Part shown: one piece after another, positions 7,616 through 14,829 of the stretch
How positions within the stretch are numbered: the first letter of the stretch is position 1
Layout of the letters: each line of letters opens with the position of its first letter
Assembly (NCBI GenBank): GCA_038217285.1
Contig: JBBQPO010000155.1
Coordinates: forward strand, 1-14,829
Reading direction: 5' to 3'
Source of the DNA: Chthonomonadales bacterium
GTDB taxonomy: Bacteria > Armatimonadota > Chthonomonadetes > Chthonomonadales > Chthonomonadaceae
DNA length: 14,829 bases
The notes under the pieces: generated by a model
Seen by the model: only the letters and a program-made list of their open reading frames with translations
The model's database searches: none
What the model was told of the DNA's origin: nothing
Position numbers and translations under genes: made by a program

Positions 7616-8485
7616 TCATAGACCCATCCGAGCCGCCAGAAACCGCGCCGAGCGCTGGAGTTCCTCCATGCCGCTCACCCCGTCCTCGATCGAGATCCAG
7701 CCGTCGAAGCCGACGCCCTTCAGGATGGAGAAGATGGCGTCGTAGTCGATGACGCCGGTTCCGACCTCGCCATGAATGAGCTGGGTATAGTCCGTAATGC
7801 CTTCCGGTCCTATCTCTACACCCGGCTTCGGGCGGCGGTCTGAGGCATGCATCGTCACCACCCGGTGCTTGACCCGCTCCAGCAAGAGGAGCGGGTCTTC
7901 GTTTGCGAGCAGCGTATTCGAAGGGTCGAAGTTGACGCCGAACCAGGGGCTCTCGATGCGCTCCACGATCTCACAGAAGATATCCATCTTCTGCGCGAAC
8001 TCCGGAAACTGCCAGTAGTTGTCCTTGAAGTGGTTCTCCATGATGAGGACCACGCCATGGTCGGCGGCAAAGGGTAGAAGTTCTGTGATGCACTCGACGA
8101 CCCAGGCCACTCCCTGCTCCCGGCTTACCTCTGGCCGCCGCTGGCCGGACAGGACGCGGCAGTATCCCGCGCCCAGCGCGGCGGCCGCCGCAATCATCTC
8201 CCGTTCTTTCTGCATTTCGGCTTGCCTGTGTGCGGGATCGGGCGCGGTAAAATCGGGAGAAGCACAGAACATCGGACAGGTCATCCCCGCTGTCTCATGG
8301 GCCGCCCGCACTTCGGCCAAATAGCCGGGATCATGGCTCAACAGTGTTCCATGATACATCTCCAGGCCAGTGACGCCCAGCGGCTTAAGGGCCTCGCCAG
8401 CCAGAGAAATCCAATCGAAGACGGTCATCGTGCGGTCTACGCAGATCGCATCCATATAGCACTTAGGGAAAGCTGCGAGCTTCAA
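7616..8485 (-). CDS. Sugar phosphate isomerase/epimerase (xylose isomerase-like TIM barrel, AP_endonuc_2 family)
   Basis: TTG start with RBS GGAGGAG. Metal-ligand pattern LIMENH, VNFDPSN, TMHASD, ISIED and the typical GEVGTGVIDYDAIFSILKGVGFDGWISIE C-terminus. Confidence 0.92.
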   Translation of the reverse strand: MKLAAFPKCYMDAICVDRTMTVFDWISLAGEALKPLGVTGLEMYHGTLLSHDPGYLAEVRAAHETAGMTCPMFCASPDFTAPDPAHRQAEMQKEREMIAAAAALGAGYCRVLSGQRRPEVSREQGVAWVVECITELLPFAADHGVVLIMENHFKDNYWQFPEFAQKMDIFCEIVERIESPWFGVNFDPSNTLLANEDPLLLLERVKHRVVTMHASDRRPKPGVEIGPEGITDYTQLIHGEVGTGVIDYDAIFSILKGVGFDGWISIEDGVSGMEELQRSARFLAARMGL

Positions 8486-8606
8486 ATTGGTGGCTCCTCC
8501 GCTGGCTTATATTCCGGCGGCACACGAACCCATCTCGGTTGGTCGTATTGCCGCGTGATTGAAATCTTCCTCCCTGTTCGAGCCGTTGAGACTGGAATCC
8601 TTCGGA

Positions 8607-8624
8607 GTTCCGGCCGGCCGGAAC
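8607..8624. repeat. Perfect 18-bp palindrome GTTCCGGCCGGCCGGAAC
   Basis: The sequence equals its own reverse complement. It lies in the 240-bp gap between the epimerase and the SMC-like gene. Confidence 0.85.
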
Positions 8625-8726
8625 ATCGCGGCTCTGGTCTGCGCCGCAAGCCTGGCGACATAGTCAGGTCTACTCTGCATCGCTCGTTTTCGGCAGTGTC
8701 CGGCCTGACATAGTGGGGAAGACATC

Positions 8727-11282
8727 TCATACGGCCAGCGCTTCGGGCAGATTGCTCTCTATGACACTGCCGGATTCCATGCGCACCCTATGGTCGAAGA
8801 GGGTTGGATCGAAGGCTTCGCTGTGCGAGACGAGGAAAATCTGGTCGAATTTGCGGCGAATGAGTCCTTTCGTCAGCAGATCCACCAGCGCCAGGGTACG
8901 GACCCGGTCGAAACTGCTGAGCGGTTCGTCGAGGAACAGCCAACCGGGACGTATGTTGTGTTCTCCTGGCAGCGTCGCCAGGGCGAAGCCCAGGCGGAGA
9001 GCCAGCGAAATCTGATCCCGCGCTCCCCCGGAAAAGATACGCTTGCGCTGATAGCTGCGGGCACGCGTATCGTAGACTTCCAGCGAACTGGAGGCTTCGT
9101 CCCACTTCACATCTCCATACCGCCCGTCGGTTAGCAAGGGCAGCAACTGCGCCACGTTCTGCATGGTGAGAGGCATCACACGGGCAATCAACGCCTGTCG
9201 GGTCTGCTCGATGATGTCTCCTGCCCGCTTTTTTACGGCGATTTCCTGTTCCGCCGTCGCCAGTTCTGTCTCTACAGTTGGAAGAACAAGCGCTTCCTCG
9301 CCAACGCTATAGAGTTGCGCCTGTGCTTGCCGTTGAATACGGTTGGATGTTAGCGCTTCTTTCGAGTCGTCGAACTTCGTTTCCCATGCGTCCGCGGTGT
9401 GTTCCGCTGCGCGCACCAGATCTGGCAAACGTTCGGGAAGCGTCTTGATCGTTTCGGCGGTCTCCATGCCCAGTTCCTGCCGGAGCGAATGTTGTTGTCG
9501 GATTGCTTCCTCGTGCCGATGTTGTAAGGTGGCAATGGCGTTGCCCAGTCCAGTCACTTCTGCGTGAAGCGTCTTCTCTTCCGTTTGCAGAGCCGGTTCG
9601 TCCTGCTCTACAAGTCGGTGATCGTATTCTGCCTGCAAGCGGGGCAGCGCCTGCTGCACCGCAAAAGTGGCATCGGGTACCGGAGACGGCAGGCTTGCCT
9701 GCCAGGCCCGTTGAAACTCCGCTTGCTGCGTCGCGACAGCCATCTGACGCAGCTCTTGTTCCTGTCGGGCCGTCGGCAGTTGCGCGGCTGTCTCCATCTC
9801 ATGTCGAATCGTTTCGCTCAGGGCAGCGAGATGTAGGTGCAGCGTGTGCGCCTCTGAGGGAAGCCCCTGCTGCTCCAGAGTCGGGCGCAGGTTATGAAGC
9901 GGTTCGATCTGCTGTTTCACGGTAGCCAGCGACCCCGCCAAAACGGCCTGATCTCCGACAATTGCGGTGCGCGGCCTTGCCTGCAACGTTTCGTGGCGTC
10001 GTGCCTGCTCCGCTTCCAGTCCTGCCTGCCGCCTTTCTTCTGTCAAAATCGCCTGCTGCGCGGTCTCGACTACAAGTTCCAGCAGGGTATTGGGCGTAAG
10101 GGTTTTCCGAAGCCGTAAGTCCTCCCGTTCGGCTTCCGCTGCCGCCCGCCAATCCGCCAGTCCAGCAGACGAGAAGCCCAACCCCTCCGCGAACGCCCTT
10201 CCTTGTTCCAGCGCTCGGTGGACGTCTTCCCGCTTGGCCTCATGCTCGGACTTCAGGCCGGTGATCGATGTTTCGTGCTCCTCGGCGACCGACATGGCTT
10301 TACGGGCCTGCTCCAGGCAGGGATTCATCGTTGTCATGTCCGCCTCGACGCCTAATTTCAGGGCCAGATTCGGCAAAGTATCGGCTGTCGCGAGAGCCGC
10401 TTTCAGGCGGTCCATGGTCACCTGCGCCTGATTGACCCGTGCTGCAAGCGCCGCCGGATCAGTTTGACGCAGCAGGTCGTCCTCACTTTCCTTTGTCTGC
10501 CGCGCCACCTCGTGCTTACCGCACATTTTCGACGATTCGTCCGCTGCAACGCGATGGGCCGTTCGCGCGTCGGCGGCAGTAAGCGCGGTGAGAGTCTGTG
10601 CCTGTACTCGTGCTGCGGCCGGTGTGGAAGGAACCGGCATTTCCAGTCGGTTCAGAGCCTCGCGTGCGAGGCGTTCTCGCTCCGTCCAGAGTCCTCGCTG
10701 TACGTTATTGGATTGTGCCTGCGCTTCCGTGCTCTTCCGTTCGCCCTCCAGTGTCGCGAAGGCCAGTTGCGCTGCATTCGCTCTCTCCTGTGCCGTCCGG
10801 ATCGCCATTTGGCCGCGAACAGTCAGTACGCTGCCGAGGACGATACATACAATGGCCAGCACGATCGCTGGCACCACTTGCCCCGCCGCCGCACCGGCTA
10901 TTCCTGCCATCACGCCAAGCGCCAGCAGGCCATAGCCAGGAAATGCCCGGTGTGCATCCCGTTGGACGGCCTGTTCCGCCGCTTCCAGTTCCGCCCTGGC
11001 CTCCCGTATACGCGCCGCCAGGCTCCCTGCGACGGTCGTCTCCAGAGAGAATTCCGTGCCACGTTCGGCGGCCTCAGCCCACGTTTCCAGTGCGGCACGG
11101 AGATCCGTCTCGCGAACCCAAGCGGCAGCCTGTCTTTCTGCGGCCTCGGCCGTCTCGCTCTCCCGCTCCAGGCGCTCCATATCGGCAAGCAGCAGGACGA
11201 TGCGCTCCTGTCGTGTATGCAGGTCTGTCTGCTGTTTGAGCAGAGCTTCCAGAGCCGTCCGCGCGCTGGTCTGTTCCCGTCG
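8727..11282 (-). pseudogene. 5'-truncated SMC/SbcC/YhaN-like coiled-coil ABC ATPase with internal TM hairpin
   Basis: The C-terminal head is intact: signature FSGGARDQISLALRLGFA, Walker B/D-loop WLFLDEPLSSFD, H-loop IFLVSHS, preceded by long A/E/Q/L/R coiled coils. No Walker A (GxNGxGKS/T) is present. The first ~90 aa of the 943-aa ORF-track entry are the antisense of a transporter fragment plus an IS end. The 5' boundary is approximate. Confidence 0.8.
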
Positions 11283-11516
11283 ATCTTCATCGCTCTGCCC
11301 GTCTTTTCCTCGGACGCTATCTCCTCGGTCGCCTACGCCACCCAGGGAATCGTGCTCGTCATGGGAGCGGCAGGGCTGGCGTACCACGGCGCTTATACCC
11401 ACTACACGCTGCTGATTTCGGGCCTCATCGTTGCCCTGCTCGTCATCGTCGTGACCTCTTACTGGCAGACGATCTTCGCGATCCCGGCTTACATCTTCGT
11501 CACCAGGTGCTATCTC
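11283..11516 (+). pseudogene. Fragment of KimA/YdaO-type APC-superfamily transporter with internal deletion
   Basis: Translates IFIALPVFSSDAISSVAYATQGIVLVMGAAGL...ISGLIVALLVIVVTSYWQTIFA|IPAYIFVTRCYL. SSDAxSSVAY and SYxQTIxA are KimA/YdaO TM1-TM2 hallmarks, while FAIPxYxFV normally occurs much later, after NLRGxxES. There is no start codon. Confidence 0.8.
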
Positions 11517-11894
11517 GTAACGGTTCCCCCGTAAAGCCTGGGGGCTTTGACGTTCCAATTCTTACAGCGCAGGCTGCAAGCTATAGGCGTCGTTACGTTC
11601 GCCCCATGCTTCCAGTCCTTTGTCAGCCACATTGCAGGCTGCATTGAAATCGGCATTGGTCTGGAAACCACATTCTAAACAGAGGAAACTGACTTGGGAC
11701 TTTCGATTGGCTTTCTCACAGTGCCCGCAGGCACTACAAGTGCGACTGGTGTTACGTGGGTCAACCTGATAGACAGCAAGGCCCACATCCGCCGCCTTGT
11801 AGAGCACGAACTGTTTGAGTTAAGAGAAAGCCCAGTTGCCCATAAGCCAGCGCATCTCAGCGGCATAACCGTTGGCTCGTTCGCGGATTCCTGA
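11517..11894 (-). mobile_element. IS200/IS605-family remnant: 3' end of tnpB plus right-end hairpin
   Basis: After the tnpB stop the minus strand reads ...AAAGCCCCCAGGCTTTACGGGGGAACCGTTAC, a subterminal hairpin ending in TTAC as typical of tnpB-carrying right ends. No tnpA or left end is visible. Confidence 0.8.
11562..11894 (-). pseudogene. tnpB: TnpB (RNA-guided endonuclease) C-terminal fragment with nonsense mutation
   Basis: SGIRERANGYAAEMRWLMGNWAFS*LKQFVLYKAADVGLAVYQVDPRNTSRTCSACGH...FLCLECGFQTNADFNAACNV. The Zn ribbon and RuvC-III ADxNAA are present. There is an in-frame TAA at 11820-11822 where Gln is usual, and the similarity stops just after where the RuvC-II EDL motif would be. Confidence 0.9.
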
Positions 11895-12056
11895 CTGTGC
11901 GTTTGTCAACGAAACCGACTATGACGAGAAAGGACAGGAGGAGCCTTCGGCAAAGCGAGGTCACGCTGAAGAAGTGCCAGTTCTGCTGTGCAAGCATAGG
12001 ATCGAAGCGCCTGCGAAAACGCCCCCTCCGTCAGCCTGAAGCGAATCGACGGGATC

Positions 12057-12113
12057 ATGGTCCTGTGCATGGTGCCGACCCTGCTGCTCCGCGGCATGAT
12101 CGGGCTGGAGCGC
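12057..12113 (+). pseudogene. Degenerate N-terminal fragment of an MgtC/SapB-family protein
   Basis: MVLCMVPTLLLRGMIGLER resembles the MgtC TM1 motif (LRLxLAxLLGGxIGLER). The deviant codons TGC, CCG, ACC and CGC are each one base from CGC (R), CTG (L), GCC (A) and GGC (G). Confidence 0.6.
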
Positions 12114-12200
12114 GCGGCCCTGGTAGGATTGCTGTCAGGTCTCGTCGCCATCGCGTTTCGTGCGGTGCTTACCGCTGGAGATAATCTTCGTAGTTCAGCT
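12111..12200 (+). pseudogene. Short fragment resembling helix B of a ClC H+/Cl- antiporter/chloride channel
   Basis: RAALVGLLSGLVAIAFRAVLTAGDNLR matches the ClC N-terminal pattern AxxVGxxxGLxAxxFR. It is cut off just before the convergent stop codon of the DUF389 gene. Confidence 0.55.
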
Positions 12201-12203
12201 GTG

Positions 12204-13256
12204 CTACTGACCGATTTTGTCCGTGGCGTCGGTAGAGGGAGCCTGCGGCAGTTCGTGCAGATAGCCGTTGCGATTCGTCTCTTTTGTAATCACCGAACGG
12301 ATGTGGAGTTCCGTTGTCTTCTTCAGTGATGTCGGTAGTTTCGCCTCCAGGGCAGCGACTCGCGCCGGGGCAAAGGAATACGGAGTACGCAGGACAGCCG
12401 TGACGATCTCTTTGCTGCCGTCCTGCTGAAATCGAAGGTCGGCGAGATGAACCCCCGGATAAGCCGCCAGCGCTCGTTCCAGCGCTTTGCGCGTACCGGT
12501 TTCGAAAGACTGCTTGGCGACGGATTGAGAAAAGTCATAGCCCAGAATAGAAGCCAGGATAATTAGAAGCCCGAAAGTGACGGCGCTGCGTTTCGCAAGG
12601 AGCCGACGCCCCTGTGCATGCGCGCCCAACCTGTGATAACGGTGCAGGAACATCACCACGGAGGAAGCGAACTGAATGGCGACCAGGTTGGCGAAGAAGA
12701 GCAGAAAGCCGCCGAATGCCAGATGGTTTTCGCCCCGTGCCAGGCAGATGCTGCATGTCGCAAGTGGGGGAACAAGCGCAGTGGCAATCGCGACACCCAC
12801 CAGGCCCACGCTCAGGCGCGGCGAAACTGTGGCATAAGCGCCTGCCGCACCGCCTGCCAGTGCGATCATCAGGTCTAAGATGTTTGGGCTAGTGCGAGCA
12901 ATGATTTCGTTGGTCAGCGGCATATTATGATGCACTTTGCCAATGGCGAACGCCACGCACAGGACGATGAGGACACCGCCGACTTCAGCTAGAAGCGCCT
13001 TCCTGAGCAGAACGTTGTCCCCGCTGACAAGCGCCAGCGCGATCCCGGAGATAGGCCCCAGCAGCATGGCGATGATCATCGCTCCTATAACGACAGCGGT
13101 GCTGTTTTGCAGCAGGCCATAGCAGGCGACGATGGTTGCGAGGGTATTCATGGTCACGTAGGGGACCGTGAAGGCCGCATTCTCCCGGATACTGTCGCAG
13201 ATGGCCACTTTTTGGTTTTGCGGATTGATCGGCGCATCCTGAATGGGGTTGCTCAT
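12204..13256 (-). CDS. DUF389 / TIGR00341-like integral membrane protein
   Basis: IVACYGLLQNSTAVVIGAMIIAMLLGPI, EIIARTSPNILDLMIALAGGAAGAYA and GVAIATALVPPL are DUF389 hallmarks. RBS GAAGGA. Confidence 0.92.
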   Translation of the reverse strand: MSNPIQDAPINPQNQKVAICDSIRENAAFTVPYVTMNTLATIVACYGLLQNSTAVVIGAMIIAMLLGPISGIALALVSGDNVLLRKALLAEVGGVLIVLCVAFAIGKVHHNMPLTNEIIARTSPNILDLMIALAGGAAGAYATVSPRLSVGLVGVAIATALVPPLATCSICLARGENHLAFGGFLLFFANLVAIQFASSVVMFLHRYHRLGAHAQGRRLLAKRSAVTFGLLIILASILGYDFSQSVAKQSFETGTRKALERALAAYPGVHLADLRFQQDGSKEIVTAVLRTPYSFAPARVAALEAKLPTSLKKTTELHIRSVITKETNRNGYLHELPQAPSTDATDKIGQ

Positions 13257-13334
13257 GGTAAACTATCCTTCATAGCAAGCTGCGACCACTTACTCCTGAC
13301 GACGCACTTCCTCGGCCCAGCATGTCCGGTGCGG

Positions 13335-14576
13335 TCATAAGGTTGGGTCCGTAGAGACGGTAGGCGATGCGGGAGCGCTGGGATCACCTGTACCTCGGGG
13401 CCCGATTTGCCCCAGTTTCTTGAGGAGCGGCGTGATCGTCAGCCCTTGTACAACCACCGAGAAGGCTACCACCGCGAAGGTCACCGTGACCAGTGTCTCG
13501 CGCCCCGGCATGCCGGCTGGCAGCCCCAATACCAGCGCCAACGCCAGTGCTCCGCGCAGACCGCCCCAAAACAGAATATGCTGATGCGCACCACTCACCC
13601 GCCAGCGAGAGCGGCTAAAGAGAGCGCAACAACCGTAGACTGACAGCACACGGCCCAGCAGGACGAAGAAAATCGCCACCAATGCAGGGAGCAAAACAGG
13701 GCCGAACGAGTGGTGCGTCAGTCGTATACCGATGAGCATAAAGATCAGCGAGTTAACGACGAACGCGATATATTCCCAGAAGGAGAGGACTTCGGCCCGA
13801 CCGCGGTCACTGAGCACGCCGAGTGAGCCTATGTTGCCCAGGAGCATCCCTGCAGTGAGCGTGGCCAGAACCCCGGAGAGATGAAAATGTTCCGCGAGGA
13901 GAAAGGAGCCGTAAGCCGCAACCATGGTAAAGGTAATCTCGACGAGATGATCGTTCGTACGACCGGCGAGCAGCAACGCGCCCCCACTGACAACGGCTCC
14001 GCAGAGAATACCTCCGAAAACGGTGGTCAGAAAGTTCAGGACGATACCGCCTGCGCTGACGCTTCCGCCTCCGATTGCAGCCAGGGCGACGCTGAAGAGG
14101 ACCGCTGCTGTGCCATCGTTAAACAGGCTTTCGGCTTCCACCAGAAGCTGTAGGCGCCCGGTGACGCCCGCTTCTTTGAAGGTGGCGATGACGGAAACGG
14201 GATCTGTGGCTGCCAGCAATACGCCGAGGAGGATCGCTGTTTCCCATGGCCACTGTACTACCCTGTGTAGTCCCACGGCCGTTACCCCAGTGGAAAGAAT
14301 AACGCCGAGGGTAGCGAGGGTCAGAATCGGAATGAGGTCTTTTTGTAGTTTCTGCCAGGGAATCTGGAACGCGGCTTCAAAGATAAGCGGCGGAAGAAAA
14401 GCCGTGAAGATCAGTTCTTTGGTCAGTGTTACGTCCAGTGACCAGGGAGAGACGGCCAGGCCCACGCCGGCCAGCACCAGTCCTACCGTGTATGGCAGAC
14501 GCAGTTTTCGGCCCAACATGGATACTGCGGACGCGATGAGAAGCAATACTACCAACCGCTCGATATTAAGGTGCAC
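13335..14576 (-). CDS. CPA1-family (NhaP/NhaG-like) Na+(K+)/H+ antiporter
   Basis: LRLPYTVGLVLAG, FLPPLIFEAA, AATDPVSVIA, EAESLFNDG, HLSGVLA, FWEYIAF and WGGLRGALALAL. GTG start with RBS AAGGGAG. No C-terminal regulatory domain. Confidence 0.95.
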   Translation of the reverse strand: MHLNIERLVVLLLIASAVSMLGRKLRLPYTVGLVLAGVGLAVSPWSLDVTLTKELIFTAFLPPLIFEAAFQIPWQKLQKDLIPILTLATLGVILSTGVTAVGLHRVVQWPWETAILLGVLLAATDPVSVIATFKEAGVTGRLQLLVEAESLFNDGTAAVLFSVALAAIGGGSVSAGGIVLNFLTTVFGGILCGAVVSGGALLLAGRTNDHLVEITFTMVAAYGSFLLAEHFHLSGVLATLTAGMLLGNIGSLGVLSDRGRAEVLSFWEYIAFVVNSLIFMLIGIRLTHHSFGPVLLPALVAIFFVLLGRVLSVYGCCALFSRSRWRVSGAHQHILFWGGLRGALALALVLGLPAGMPGRETLVTVTFAVVAFSVVVQGLTITPLLKKLGQIGPRGTGDPSAPASPTVSTDPTL

Positions 14577-14603
14577 CGGGCTCTCCCTTCTGCCAGTCGT
14601 ATA

Positions 14604-14649
14604 TCAGGCGAGAGAGCGCACGCTCCGAGGGCCACTGTCTCTCTCCTGA
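14604..14649. promoter_or_regulatory. Inverted repeat in the divergent intergenic region
   Basis: TCAGG-C-GAGAGA (14604-14615) pairs with TCTCTC-T-CCTGA (14638-14649) at 11 of 12 positions around a 22-nt loop. Confidence 0.45.
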
Positions 14650-14688
14650 GCGTGTTACATCCCAACAGATTGACAGGAAGGGGACCGC

Positions 14689-14829
14689 ATGTCTCAGTAT
14701 TGGAAAGCCTTTATCACTCCGCTGCATGAGACCCTTACCCGTCTCATCTCTTTTGTGCCGCGCTTTATGGTAGCGGCTCTGCTGTTTGCCCTCTTTTATG
14801 CGCTGGCCTGGTTTATCCGGCATCTCCTG
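14689..14829 (+). CDS. N-terminus of a membrane protein, probably MscS-family mechanosensitive channel (runs off the window)
   Basis: Not in the ORF track. RBS AGGAAGGGG, then ATG 14689: MSQYWKAFITPLHETLTRLISFVPRFMVAALLFALFYALAWFIRHLL. An amphipathic helix followed by xPx-TM is typical of MscS TM1. Only 47 codons are visible. Confidence 0.6.
   Translation, partial: MSQYWKAFITPLHETLTRLISFVPRFMVAALLFALFYALAWFIRHLL

Noticed and set aside
10464..11534. 356-aa plus-strand ORF as a real gene
   Set aside because: The first ~270 codons are antisense to the SMC-like gene; only the last ~80 codons are a real (KimA-like) fragment.
11562..11894. Cas12f/type V CRISPR effector or TldR-like regulator
   Set aside because: There is no repeat-spacer array or cas gene in the window. 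The sequence is truncated, has a nonsense codon and is followed by an IS-type right end.
11892..11909. TTGAC on the minus strand as the TAM/left end of a miniature IS200/IS605 element
   Set aside because: Only a 4-bp stem follows, and the DNA beyond it does not continue the kimA-like gene as a clean insertion would require. Loss of the left end by deletion is more likely.
14566..14823. 85-aa minus-strand ORF
   Set aside because: Antisense to the RBS-supported membrane protein start at 14689; no recognisable features.

Overview
Bacterial, GC-rich sequence in two parts. The left part (1 to ~8500) is an intact housekeeping/metabolic backbone. It holds an atypical Zn-finger-containing SDR oxidoreductase, a GH42 beta-galactosidase, a stand-alone riboflavin synthase, two small hypothetical genes on the minus strand, a tandem pair of GT4 glycosyltransferases and a TIM-barrel sugar phosphate isomerase/epimerase. 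The right part (~8700 to 14829) looks like a decaying accessory region. A 5'-truncated SMC/SbcC-like ATPase with an internal transmembrane hairpin abuts a ~0.9 kb mosaic of gene fragments that the ORF track hides: an internally deleted KimA/YdaO-type APC transporter piece, an IS200/IS605 right end with a dead tnpB, a possible MscL-like piece, and an MgtC N-terminus fused in frame to a ClC-channel piece. Intact DUF389, CPA1 Na+/H+ antiporter and a divergent MscS-like gene (cut by the window edge) follow. The best reading is a collapsed ion/osmo-homeostasis island. All family calls come from motif recognition by eye; no searches were run. I see no convincing intact novel system; the fragment mosaic and the orphan TnpB omega-RNA end are the most unusual signals.
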